Source: Acinetobacter wanghuae (GTDB lineage Bacteria; Pseudomonadota; Gammaproteobacteria; Pseudomonadales; Moraxellaceae). From it: DNA of 32,000 nt. The notes beneath the pieces were generated by a model. The model was not told where the DNA came from. It saw nothing but the letters and a program-made list of their open reading frames with translations, and did not search any database. Shown here one piece after another: positions 1-8,743 of the stretch (positions are counted from its first letter, which is position 1; each line of letters opens with the position of its first letter). The stretch covers positions 1,470,001 to 1,502,000 of the forward strand of contig NZ_CP045650.1 in the NCBI RefSeq assembly GCF_009557235.1, written 5' to 3'. Both the position numbers and the translations under genes were made by a program.

Positions 1-87
1 ATGGACGGGTTTAATCCATGCCGTTGCCCTACAACTTCAAGGTCGTAAAGCAACCCAAGAATTACAGCGCTCGCTCATTAGCCCTGA

Positions 88-576
88 TCATTTTGCATGA
101 GAAATCAATACAGTCGCTGTTGACATGATTCCTTCTTGACGACCCGTAAAGCCTAATTTTTCAGTGGTCGTCGCTTTGATACTAATTTGTGTCACCTCGA
201 CGTTTAACACATCTGCAATTGATTGACGCATCGCTAAATTATGCGGTGCCAATTTTGGCCGTTCACATGCCACAGTAATATCAGCATTATTGAGCACATA
301 ACCACGATCTAAAATCAGTTGATAAACATGTTTTAACAGCACACGACTATCCGCCCCTTTAAAATTGGGATCGGTATCAGGGAAATGCTGACCAATATCA
401 CCCAAAGCCAAAGCGCCCAATAAGGCATCTGCTAAGGCATGTAAAACTACATCACCATCAGAATGCGCTTTGAGTCCGTGCGTATGTGGAATTTGAATAC
501 CGGCTAAAGTAACAAAATCACCTGCTTCAAATGCATGCACATCCAAACCTTGACCAATACGAATTTGTGCAACCAC
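88..576 (-). CDS. ispF: 2-C-methyl-D-erythritol 2,4-cyclodiphosphate synthase
   Basis: The ORF 88..618 translation carries IspF hallmarks ([46 protein letters not shown]). The track start at 618 is a GTG. An in-frame GTG at 576..574 gives an N-terminus (VAQIRIGQG) like known IspF proteins and has AAGGA 7 nt upstream, so I prefer 576. 618 remains possible. Confidence 0.9.
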   Translation of the reverse strand: MVAQIRIGQGLDVHAFEAGDFVTLAGIQIPHTHGLKAHSDGDVVLHALADALLGALALGDIGQHFPDTDPNFKGADSRVLLKHVYQLILDRGYVLNNADITVACERPKLAPHNLAMRQSIADVLNVEVTQISIKATTTEKLGFTGRQEGIMSTATVLISHAK

Positions 577-676
577 TGTCTTATCCTTTGAAATATAACC
601 GTTTGAAATCTTGTACACAGCGTTTCGATTTCGCTATAGTTAGCACATTCGAAACGAATAGAAAGTATAAGCGATC

Positions 677-1318
677 ATGTGGCTGAAAACTGATATAAAT
701 ATGTTGAAAATCACTGGGCTTTTGTTTGGTTTAGGCTTTTTTTCGACACCAACAAGCTTTGCAAATCAAGAACTGTGTACAGCGACGTCCGCTCAAATGC
801 GATGTTCACCACAGCTTGAAGACTTTCGAGTTAAATTATCAGAACAATATTTTACCGCTTATTTAATTACCGATGCGCCTTTGCGTTTATTGCAAGACAC
901 CCAGCAACTCTGGTCGTATCGCTTAAATCAATGCAAAAAAATTGCCTGTTTTCAGCAACAATTTGAATCGCGCTTAGATGAAATCAACATTTTTATTTCA
1001 TTGAATCAAAGTTTAACGCAGCATTATTTAAAATATGAAAATGGCAAGATTGCCCGACCTGCGGTACATCTTAAGGTTCATCAACTGGGTAAAGACAAAA
1101 TCAAGATTGAAGGAACGGCTTATCGTAGCCCTAAAAATCGACTTGAAACCCAAACGATTCCTTTTCTAGCCTATACCACCCCGGATGAAAAAGCGGAAAT
1201 CACCAACAATGAAAATGATTGCAAGTATCACTTTAACTATGAAAAAGCCATTTTATCTGTGAGTAGTTCACAACAAGGCTGTGAACGATTTAACGGCATT
1301 TACCGTCTGTATGATTAA
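677..1318 (+). CDS. secreted protein with an N-terminal DUF1311/LprI-like domain and an unknown C-terminal domain
   Basis: Signal-peptide-like N-terminus (MLKITGLLFGLGFFSTPTSFA). The Cys/Tyr/Trp/Arg spacing of the DUF1311 lysozyme-inhibitor-like fold is present (C..MRC...L..QY...Q.LWSYRLNQC...C). The start could be the ATG at 701 rather than 677. Confidence 0.6.
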   Translation: MWLKTDINMLKITGLLFGLGFFSTPTSFANQELCTATSAQMRCSPQLEDFRVKLSEQYFTAYLITDAPLRLLQDTQQLWSYRLNQCKKIACFQQQFESRLDEINIFISLNQSLTQHYLKYENGKIARPAVHLKVHQLGKDKIKIEGTAYRSPKNRLETQTIPFLAYTTPDEKAEITNNENDCKYHFNYEKAILSVSSSQQGCERFNGIYRLYD

Positions 1319-1339
1319 TCTATCAAACTCCGTCAATCT

Positions 1340-2248
1340 TTAGATTAGCAGCGTTAACACCAATGGCAAAGTAAACGCAGCCACCACCGTTTGCAAACTA
1401 ATAATACTTGCCATCAACTCAGCATCTCCGCCATACACACGTGTCAGCACGTAAGAAGCAGATGCTGTCGGTAATGCAAAGAACAGCACCATGACTTGAG
1501 TCACAAGCAGCGACACCGCAAAGCTGCGACATAATGCATAAGCAATAAGTGGCATCAATAATAATCTGAGCACCGTATTCAATAAAATCGGTTTAATATC
1601 TTGATGTAGCTTATGAAACTGCAAAGCCGCGCCAACACACATTAATCCAAGTGGTAAACTGCAAATGGCAAGCAACTCAATAAATTGCTCAATCCCTGTC
1701 CACATGGTTAGCCCAGAAAAGTTATAAACTCCCCCTAAAATGCAGCCTACAATCAGCGGATTCTTCAGTAAGCTCAACAGCACTTTTGATATTTTTAAAT
1801 TATCATGATGCGTCAATGCTAAAACCGAGATGACATTGACTAAGGGAATACACAGCACCAGTAAAATAGCGAAAATGGTCATGCCAGCAGACTGAAATAA
1901 ACTACTGACCACTGCTAAGCCAATATACGTGTTAAACCTTAAAATGCCTTGCACATAGACACCAAAGCGTGCAAAGCCCATATTGTGATATTTTTTAAAA
2001 GCATACAGCATCGCAGTCATGCTGAGCATGATGGTGATCGCGACCAAACTCACCTGCTGAATTGACTTTAACGCAATATCCGCATGCGCCAGATTCAAAA
2101 ACAGCATGACAGGAAAAAGTACATAATAATTTAATTTTTCTGCAGCGCGCCAAAATCCGACATCAAGCCAATTGCTTTTCTGAAGTAAATAACCAAAGGA
2201 GATGAGTGCAATGAGGGGAAATAATGCAGCGATAACAATCTGGATCAT
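1340..2248 (-). CDS. AEC (auxin efflux carrier) family permease
   Basis: 302 aa and hydrophobic throughout, about 10 TM segments. The N-terminus (MIQIVIAALFPLIALISFGYLL) and overall layout are typical of Mem_trans/AEC transporters. ATG start. Confidence 0.75.
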   Translation of the reverse strand: MIQIVIAALFPLIALISFGYLLQKSNWLDVGFWRAAEKLNYYVLFPVMLFLNLAHADIALKSIQQVSLVAITIMLSMTAMLYAFKKYHNMGFARFGVYVQGILRFNTYIGLAVVSSLFQSAGMTIFAILLVLCIPLVNVISVLALTHHDNLKISKVLLSLLKNPLIVGCILGGVYNFSGLTMWTGIEQFIELLAICSLPLGLMCVGAALQFHKLHQDIKPILLNTVLRLLLMPLIAYALCRSFAVSLLVTQVMVLFFALPTASASYVLTRVYGGDAELMASIISLQTVVAAFTLPLVLTLLI

Positions 2249-2516
2249 GTTTAAACTCTAAACCACGAGGCATATGCCGTATCGACATATACAAGACTGT
2301 ATTGTTATAGCATCTCGATCGCTGAGCCACCATCATTAAAGGCTTTTTATTGAAATTATAAGTCTTTCAAAGGTTTGTGATTATTTTTGTGAATCATAAA
2401 ATGTGAATTTTATGCTTATTCTAACTATGACACTGATGAAGATTCGTTTGCATTTCTCTCTATCATTTCTCGCGAACACACTAAAAAAAGAGCAAGACCA
2501 TTCCAAACGATTGGGC

Positions 2517-2545
2517 ACAAAAAAGTCAGACCGAAGTCTGACTTT
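2517..2545 (-). terminator. rho-independent terminator downstream of aroC
   Basis: Perfect 8-bp stem agtcagac/gtctgact with a cgaa loop. On the minus strand it is followed by a U-run (plus-strand A-run 2519..2524). It lies about 30 nt after the aroC stop. Confidence 0.75.
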
Positions 2546-2574
2546 AATCTGAATCATATTATAAATATTTACGC

Positions 2575-3660
2575 TTAAATCGGCTCGAATGGCGCAACCA
2601 CATCGGCATTTTGCGCACGATGACGCATAAAGTGATCCATTAGCACAATTGCAAACATTGCTTCTGCAATAGGCGTCGCACGGACACCCACACATGGATC
2701 ATGACGACCTTTGGTCAACACATCAGTATCTTTTCGATCCAAATTAATGGTTTTGCCCGGAGTCGTAATTGAAGCGGTTGGTTTGAGTGCAATCGCGACA
2801 CGAATATCTTGACCACTCGAAATGCCGCCCAAAATACCACCGGCATGATTCGCTAAGAAACCATCAGTCGTCAGTTCATCACGGCTTTCATGACCGAACT
2901 GCTCCGCCACACCAAAACCATCGCCAATTTCTACGCCTTTGACTGCATTAATTGACATCATCGCATGGGCGATGTCGGCATCAAGGCGGTCAAATACAGG
3001 CTCACCCCAACCCACTGGCACATTGGATGCAATGATTTCAAGCTTTGCACCGCAACTGGTGCCTTGCTCACGCAATGAAGTCACAAGGGCTTCAAAACGT
3101 GGTACAGCATCCACATCACCACAGAAAAATGGATTGTTCGGTACTTCGTTCCAATCCATTTTTTCTGTTTTTTCAGTGCCGATTTGCGTCACGTGACCAC
3201 GAATTTCGATACCGAATTTTTCAAAGAGAAATTTCTTGGCAATTGCACCCGCTGCCACACGCATTGCAGTTTCACGTGCACTTGAACGACCACCACCGCG
3301 ATAATCACGGAAACCATACTTATGGGTATAAGTATAGTCCGCATGATTTGGACGGAATGTTTGTGCAATATTGCCGTAATCTTTTGATTTTTGATCTGTA
3401 TTGCGAATCAATAAACCAATTGATGTCCCTGTGGTTTTACCCTCAAAAACCCCAGAGATAATTTCGACTTCATCCGGCTCTTTACGCTGAGTCGCAAATT
3501 TTGACGTGCCCGGCTTACGACGGTCTAAGTCAATTTGCAAATCGGTTGCTGAAAGTTCAATCCCTGGTGGCACGCCATCAACGATCGCCATAAGGCCAAC
3601 GCCATGAGATTCACCACAAGTCGTTACACGGAACAGTTGCCCTATACTATTACCTGCCAT
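2575..3660 (-). CDS. aroC: chorismate synthase
   Basis: 361 aa with full-length similarity to AroC ([28 protein letters not shown]). AAGGAG SD lies 9 nt upstream of the ATG. Confidence 0.97.
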   Translation of the reverse strand: MAGNSIGQLFRVTTCGESHGVGLMAIVDGVPPGIELSATDLQIDLDRRKPGTSKFATQRKEPDEVEIISGVFEGKTTGTSIGLLIRNTDQKSKDYGNIAQTFRPNHADYTYTHKYGFRDYRGGGRSSARETAMRVAAGAIAKKFLFEKFGIEIRGHVTQIGTEKTEKMDWNEVPNNPFFCGDVDAVPRFEALVTSLREQGTSCGAKLEIIASNVPVGWGEPVFDRLDADIAHAMMSINAVKGVEIGDGFGVAEQFGHESRDELTTDGFLANHAGGILGGISSGQDIRVAIALKPTASITTPGKTINLDRKDTDVLTKGRHDPCVGVRATPIAEAMFAIVLMDHFMRHRAQNADVVAPFEPI

Positions 3661-3673
3661 GTGTTACGACTCC

Positions 3674-4705
3674 TTATGCTTGAATAGATTGAATAAATAG
3701 ATCTCGATACGTACGGCATTGCTGTGCAGTTAATGCAAAGATACCTGAACCACCTTTTTGGAACTGCAACCAGTAGAAATCAACGGTATTGAAGTTCTGC
3801 TTCATTGCCCACTCAGAATTACCTACTTCAATCACGATTAAGCCATCTTCAGTCAAGTAATCTGCTGCTTGCGCCAACATTTTACGAACTAAATCTAAGC
3901 CATCTTGACCCGCAGCAAGTGCCATTTCAGGCTCATGATGGAATTCATCTGGTAAATCTGCCATATCTTCTGCATCCACATACGGTGGGTTCGATACGAT
4001 CAAATCATATTGATTTTCAGCAGGAATTTTTTCAAATAAGTCAGATTCTAGCAATGCTACATTGAACTGTTGGTTATGATGTTCACAGTTAATTTGTGCG
4101 ACTTCTAAAGCATCTTTTGATAAATCTGTCGCATCAACTTCTGCTTCTGGGAATGCATAAGCTAAAGCAATCGCGATACAACCTGAACCTGTACACATAT
4201 CTAAAATACGACGTGGCATTTTCGGTGCAGGATTTTCAGGTAAGTTATTTAACCCTTCACGTGGCTCATGATTTTCATCTAAGCAGTAAGGTGCGAAACG
4301 GTTTTGAATCAATTCTGCAATCGGTGAACGTGGAATCAATACGCGTTCATCTACATAAAATGGTTTGCCATCAAAATATGCCAAGTTTAATAAATAAGAG
4401 GTTGGCATACGTTCGTTAATACGGCGCTCAAGCAAGCTTAATACTTCCGCTTTTTCGCTTGGCAATAATTTTGAGTCTAGGATTTCTGGATTTGCACTCC
4501 AATCCAAAGACAAGGTTTGTAATACAAGTGCTGAACTTTCAGCAACATAATCTTCTGTACCTTGACCCAAGTGCGCATCATATTGACGTAATGCTGTGAC
4601 ACCAAAGCGGATAAAATCACGAATTGTGCTTAGGTTTTCAGCGGCTTCCTGAATATGTTCAGGGCTAATAGTCGGTCGATCCACGTAGGGCGTCTCCAAG
4701 GTCAT
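3674..4705 (-). CDS. prmB: ribosomal protein uL3 glutamine N5-methyltransferase
   Basis: SAM-binding motif ILDMCTGSGCIAI and catalytic NPPY motif (IVSNPPYV). It sits 13 nt upstream of aroC, the same prmB(yfcB)-aroC linkage as in E. coli. Confidence 0.88.
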   Translation of the reverse strand: MTLETPYVDRPTISPEHIQEAAENLSTIRDFIRFGVTALRQYDAHLGQGTEDYVAESSALVLQTLSLDWSANPEILDSKLLPSEKAEVLSLLERRINERMPTSYLLNLAYFDGKPFYVDERVLIPRSPIAELIQNRFAPYCLDENHEPREGLNNLPENPAPKMPRRILDMCTGSGCIAIALAYAFPEAEVDATDLSKDALEVAQINCEHHNQQFNVALLESDLFEKIPAENQYDLIVSNPPYVDAEDMADLPDEFHHEPEMALAAGQDGLDLVRKMLAQAADYLTEDGLIVIEVGNSEWAMKQNFNTVDFYWLQFQKGGSGIFALTAQQCRTYRDLFIQSIQA

Positions 4706-4859
4706 TTTTAAAACGCCTTATAATACCCTGTTTCTAGCCCATTGATAATGCTGAACGCATGAAAAATACGAATTGTTCCATGAATCTCACACGCATCATT
4801 TTTTGAAGAATTTAAGCTGTAGATACAACCATCAAATCTACACGAGATAATCTGCTCAA

Positions 4860-5246
4860 TTAACGCTTACTGGGTACAAATGAGCGTGATGCATAACGAT
4901 TCGATTGTTCAATAGTCATGGCTAACTTGCATTCTGCAACTTGTACATGCGCATATTTGCCTGTATTAGAAGATTTACAGCGCTGATCACGTCGAACTTC
5001 CCAAATTTTATGCTCTTTACGAATTTGCTCAGTGCGTGTTGGATTGGCTTTTAAATACTTTTTATAATTTTGCTGTAGTAATTTAGCATGATCATTTTGC
5101 TCACTTTTTAAACATTTTTCAGCCTGATCAGCAACGCCACGCGATGCATTCATACATTGAATAAATTCTCGTGAATACCCTGTGGCAGCATGTACTTGAA
5201 AACATGAACCAAGCAGTAAAAGCATACTAAATCCGACCAAACGCAT
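4860..5246 (-). CDS. secreted DUF1311/LprI-like (lysozyme-inhibitor-like) protein
   Basis: Clear DUF1311 pattern (CMNASRG....C......LLQQNYKKYL....IRKEHKIWEVRRDQRC......C). The ATG at 5246 gives the signal peptide MRLVGFSMLLLLGSCFQVHA and has AGGGGA 5 nt upstream. The track start at 5330 adds 28 unlikely residues. Confidence 0.7.
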   Translation of the reverse strand: MRLVGFSMLLLLGSCFQVHAATGYSREFIQCMNASRGVADQAEKCLKSEQNDHAKLLQQNYKKYLKANPTRTEQIRKEHKIWEVRRDQRCKSSNTGKYAHVQVAECKLAMTIEQSNRYASRSFVPSKR

Positions 5247-5468
5247 ACAATCCCCTGTGCCTAAAAGGCTGAATTTATCAAAAAATAAGCTGTTTAATTT
5301 ATATGCGAATATTACCTGAGTCATCGGCATTTTTCTAATGCTTTATCAAATCGTGTCAAAAACCAATCATAAAATCCATGCAAAATTCTCATTTTGCTGC
5401 TGTATCACATGCTTGTTGTGCTTTAACAATCAGTTTTAAATCATTAAAGCACATGGATTTATAGCCTT

Positions 5469-5939
5469 TTATCCAAAAGGATTGCCGATATAACAATAGA
5501 CCGTTGCTTCTTTACTGGTCTTTTCAATTTCTGGTGCCATATGTGGTTGCTGAGAACGATTAAACTTAATTTGATTAAATTTCGCTTTGGCTTCTGGCGT
5601 ACGAATATCAAAGACGATCCATTGTGTTCGATCTTTGGAACGACCTGTCACAAACTCGATACTTTTCACTTTAACACCGCGATACTGTGCATTTTTCAAG
5701 ACATATTTATCACCCCAAGATGTTTGACTACCATCTTCAATGTGCTGCGCCACTTGGTTCTTAAAGCTTGATTTTAGGTGCATTTCATCATCAATTTCGT
5801 CATAAAAATCAAATACAATGCCACGTGACTGACAGCCTTGTTCGAGTCTAGGACTCAACTGTGCAGTCAAATCAAAAACAGCGGCAGTGACGTGACTGGC
5901 ATACATTAAGCTTGCTGCACATAGAATTTTTTTCATCAT
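5469..5939 (-). CDS. hypothetical secreted protein (ORFan)
   Basis: Signal peptide MMKKILCAASLMYASHVTAAV. The ATG at 5939..5937 overlaps the TGA stop (5938..5936) of the upstream gene as ATGA. I recognise no family. Confidence 0.6.
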   Translation of the reverse strand: MMKKILCAASLMYASHVTAAVFDLTAQLSPRLEQGCQSRGIVFDFYDEIDDEMHLKSSFKNQVAQHIEDGSQTSWGDKYVLKNAQYRGVKVKSIEFVTGRSKDRTQWIVFDIRTPEAKAKFNQIKFNRSQQPHMAPEIEKTSKEATVYCYIGNPFG

Positions 5940-6532
5940 GATAAGGTTACTCCGCATTGCGCGATATATTGGGTTGGCTGCGTCACCGATGGATAAAGTG
6001 CAACGTAGTACATCACCCCTTCGATATTTTTAGACATGAGATACATATAGTCGGCATATACCTCTTTTCCCTTCACTGTTGCCATGGGTGAAAATGGATG
6101 TGGTAATTTTTTTAGTTGAGACTGCGGTAATTTTTTAAACCGATATTGAGCGGTTTCAAGCTGCTGCTGATGTGCATGAATATCACCGGTCATTTGTACG
6201 TTCAGGTAATGCCCATATCCATGGAAGTCAGAAAAATTAAAGCCTTTTATTCTTTGAGTTGCACTTATGGCTTTAAATTCATAGATCAGACTACCTTCAG
6301 CATCGTCATCAACATTTGGACTGATGTCTTTAAAATCTTTTTTGAGCTGTTGACGCATTTTTTGATCTCGAACCGTGACATCCATACTGTGATCAAATAA
6401 ACGTAGTACGGGTTGCTCGGTATTTTGCCAAGCACGGCATGTGAGCAGATTATTTAATTCATTTAATGAATCATTGGCATAAATACTGGTCGATAGACTC
6501 AGCATCCCCAATAACAAAGTTTTATTTAACAA
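5936..6532 (-). CDS. hypothetical secreted protein (ORFan)
   Basis: TTG start at 6532, with an in-frame stop immediately upstream. The N-terminus MLNKTLLLGMLSLSTSIYAN is a plausible Sec signal. The next in-frame Met would truncate that signal, which supports the TTG. I recognise no family. Confidence 0.55.
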   Translation of the reverse strand: MLNKTLLLGMLSLSTSIYANDSLNELNNLLTCRAWQNTEQPVLRLFDHSMDVTVRDQKMRQQLKKDFKDISPNVDDDAEGSLIYEFKAISATQRIKGFNFSDFHGYGHYLNVQMTGDIHAHQQQLETAQYRFKKLPQSQLKKLPHPFSPMATVKGKEVYADYMYLMSKNIEGVMYYVALYPSVTQPTQYIAQCGVTLS

Positions 6533-6668
6533 TCAAACATCCATATGTGTTTTTTAAAATATAATTATACGAATAAACAATAACTTACAAATAATGCATT
6601 GGTCTAAGGACTTTATTTTTAGTCCATGACCCCCATTACATTTGAGAGTCTAGATTGATGAAGTTGAA

Positions 6669-6986
6669 ATGAGCTATAAACACAACAATTTAATGGCAAT
6701 GCGCGAAAGCTATTGGAATGATCAGACCTCTCAGCACGTTGCAGAAGAAAAGCGGGTCTTACAACAGACCCTGCAAGCGCTCGGTGTGTTTGATCAGCCC
6801 TCAGAAGAAGATGCCAAATATGTCTTTTTTAGCTTACCCAGTATTATTATTGTCAAAGGTTATGCACTTGGCTTTGCACATGACCGCGTTCAGCAACTGA
6901 TTACTCAACATATCCGAACAAATAAGCAACAGTTGCAGCAAAAAACCACGTTAAAAATTCAATATCACATGTCATCCTATCGCTGA
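6669..6986 (+). CDS. hypothetical protein (weak call)
   Basis: 105-aa ORF with ATG start, weak SD and no recognisable motif. A second ORF (6718..6900) overlaps it in another frame, so the coding status is uncertain. Confidence 0.35.
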   Translation: MSYKHNNLMAMRESYWNDQTSQHVAEEKRVLQQTLQALGVFDQPSEEDAKYVFFSLPSIIIVKGYALGFAHDRVQQLITQHIRTNKQQLQQKTTLKIQYHMSSYR

Positions 6987-7129
6987 GATGGTCTGCTTTG
7001 AATAGAGCGTGTACATCTTGACTATAAATTCAGTGTCTTAAACTTTTTTAATACGTGAAGACACGCTAATATCCGCTACAATGATTTATTGATTTATTCT
7101 GCGAAATGCCGAGAAAGGATTGAGTTTAC

Positions 7130-8503
7130 ATGTCAGATCAGAACGATAAGCTTAAACAATTGAAAACCTCCTCTATGGATCGACGCTTATCAATCGCGAA
7201 AGCATCCCTTTTGGCAGGCACACGTTGGGCAGCATCGAACGCGACGTCTATGTTCTCAAATGAAGAAGAAAAAGAAAAAAAACGCAAAAAAGCCATGAAA
7301 CAACAGGCCGATTACTTGGTTTCAGAAATTGGCAAACTCAAAGGTTCGATTGTCAAAATTGGTCAAATGATGGCGCTGTATGGCGAGCATTTTTTACCAG
7401 AAGAAGTCACTCAAGCGCTCAATACGCTAAATAACCAAACTGTAGCATTGGCATGGCCGGCAATTAAAACGCAATTGCAAAGCCAATTAGGTTCAAAACT
7501 CGATGATCTAGTCATTGACCATGAGCCTTTAGGAACCGCTTCTCTAGCTCAGGTACATCGCGCGACGCGTAAATCCGATGGTCTAGAGGTGGTTTTAAAA
7601 ATTCAGTATCCGGGTGTGGCAGATGCCATTGACTCAGATATGAGTTTGTTTAAAAACATGCTGAAATTGACGCGTATTGTGCCGCAAACCCGTGAATTTG
7701 ATCAGTGGTTTGATGAAGTGCGTGAAATGATGCATCGTGAAGTGGATTATCACATTGAAGCAGCCACGACTCGTCGTTTTACACAGCGCTTAGAAAATGA
7801 TCCACGTTACATCGTGCCAAGTATTATTGATGAATATTCAACTGCGCGTGTGCTATGCATGACCTTTGAACGTGGTGTACCGATCAATAGCCCTGTGATG
7901 TTGTCTTTACCACAAGAACGTCGCAATCAACTGGGTGAAGCTTCTTTAGAAATTGCCGTACGCGAAATTTTTGAATGGGGCGAAATGCAGACAGATCCAA
8001 ATTTTGGCAATTATTTGGTCCGTTTAGCAAGCGCTGAACAAGCATTGGATCAAATTGTTCTGCTTGATTTCGGTGCTATTCGTCAATTTGACGCACACCT
8101 GTTAAGCGTGGCGCGTAATTTGCTTAAAGCAGGTTATCATCACGATGCTGATCTAATGGTCAAAGCCATGACGGGATATGACTTTTTTGATTCCATTCCA
8201 CAAAGCATTAAACCCGATATGGCAAAAGTGTTCTTATTAGCGACCGAAGCCTTTAGTTCACCTTTGAATAATCAAGAACTTCCTGCTGGTGTGATGCTTG
8301 AACAGGACCGCTATGATTGGAAGAAAAGCCAATTGCATAGTCGTGTGATTCAACAGGCTTCAAAATCCATGGCTTCACGTTATTTCAGTGTTCCACCGAA
8401 AGAGTTTATGTTTATTAGCCGTAAATTTATTGGTGCGTATACCTTTATGACAGTCATCGATGCGAAAACTAATGTCCGCGCTATGATTAAACCCTATATT
8501 TAA
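7130..8503 (+). CDS. ABC1/UbiB-family atypical protein kinase (soluble paralogue)
   Basis: Family-specific KxGQ motif (IVKIGQMMALYGEHFLP), nucleotide-binding region ASLAQVHRATRKSDGLEVVLKIQYPGV, catalytic-loop-like TDPNFGNYLV and DFG (LLDFGAI). No C-terminal hydrophobic helices, unlike UbiB itself. Confidence 0.85.
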   Translation: MSDQNDKLKQLKTSSMDRRLSIAKASLLAGTRWAASNATSMFSNEEEKEKKRKKAMKQQADYLVSEIGKLKGSIVKIGQMMALYGEHFLPEEVTQALNTLNNQTVALAWPAIKTQLQSQLGSKLDDLVIDHEPLGTASLAQVHRATRKSDGLEVVLKIQYPGVADAIDSDMSLFKNMLKLTRIVPQTREFDQWFDEVREMMHREVDYHIEAATTRRFTQRLENDPRYIVPSIIDEYSTARVLCMTFERGVPINSPVMLSLPQERRNQLGEASLEIAVREIFEWGEMQTDPNFGNYLVRLASAEQALDQIVLLDFGAIRQFDAHLLSVARNLLKAGYHHDADLMVKAMTGYDFFDSIPQSIKPDMAKVFLLATEAFSSPLNNQELPAGVMLEQDRYDWKKSQLHSRVIQQASKSMASRYFSVPPKEFMFISRKFIGAYTFMTVIDAKTNVRAMIKPYI

Positions 8504-8528
8504 TTATTCAAAATTTTTTTCTTTAAAG

Positions 8529-8567
8529 ATTGATCTGTTTGATTTGTCATTCAGGTCAATTTTTTTA
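8529..8567 (+). terminator. rho-independent terminator after the ABC1 kinase gene
   Basis: 9-bp stem attgatctg/caggtcaat (one G-U pair) with a 14-nt loop, followed by T7 (8561..8567). It lies 26 nt after the stop. Confidence 0.65.
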
Positions 8568-8743
8568 TTTAAATTTCCACCTACCACCTAATAATAAACA
8601 TAGTATTCATATACTTAAAACATATTAATACTTCTTTTAAATCTTTATTTTATGCCAATAAAAGCCGTCAATCCTGACATGGTTTTTTAAGGATGATCGT
8701 GTCAGCATGATCATCAGAATTAAAAGATATTCAGGGAACAATA

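Noticed and set aside
2-100. A possible 3' end of a plus-strand gene entering from the left (frame 2 reads ...[32 protein letters not shown], stop at 98..100). It would overlap the convergent ispF stop by 13 nt.
   Set aside because: Only 32 codons are visible and I cannot recognise the protein. This is too little evidence to call a feature.
2426-2551. A 41-codon plus-strand ORF (MTLMKIRLHFSLS...) in the 326-nt aroC/AEC intergenic region.
   Set aside because: It has no SD, reads through the aroC terminator hairpin and has no recognisable features. It is probably chance.
2381-2695. A 104-aa Cys-rich ORF on the minus strand.
   Set aside because: It overlaps the 3' end of aroC in another frame and runs through the aroC terminator hairpin. 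The composition reflects the aroC antiphase, and there is no SD or motif.
2939-4419. Plus-strand ORFs antisense to aroC and prmB (2939..3196, 3045..3461, 3805..4065, 4096..4419).
   Set aside because: They are antisense shadows of strongly supported genes, with low-complexity, His/Leu-rich translations.
5541-6400. Plus-strand ORFs 5541..5771 and 6146..6400, opposite the secreted ORFan genes.
   Set aside because: They are antisense to ORFs that have signal peptides and an ATGA-coupled junction. They show no start-site signals.
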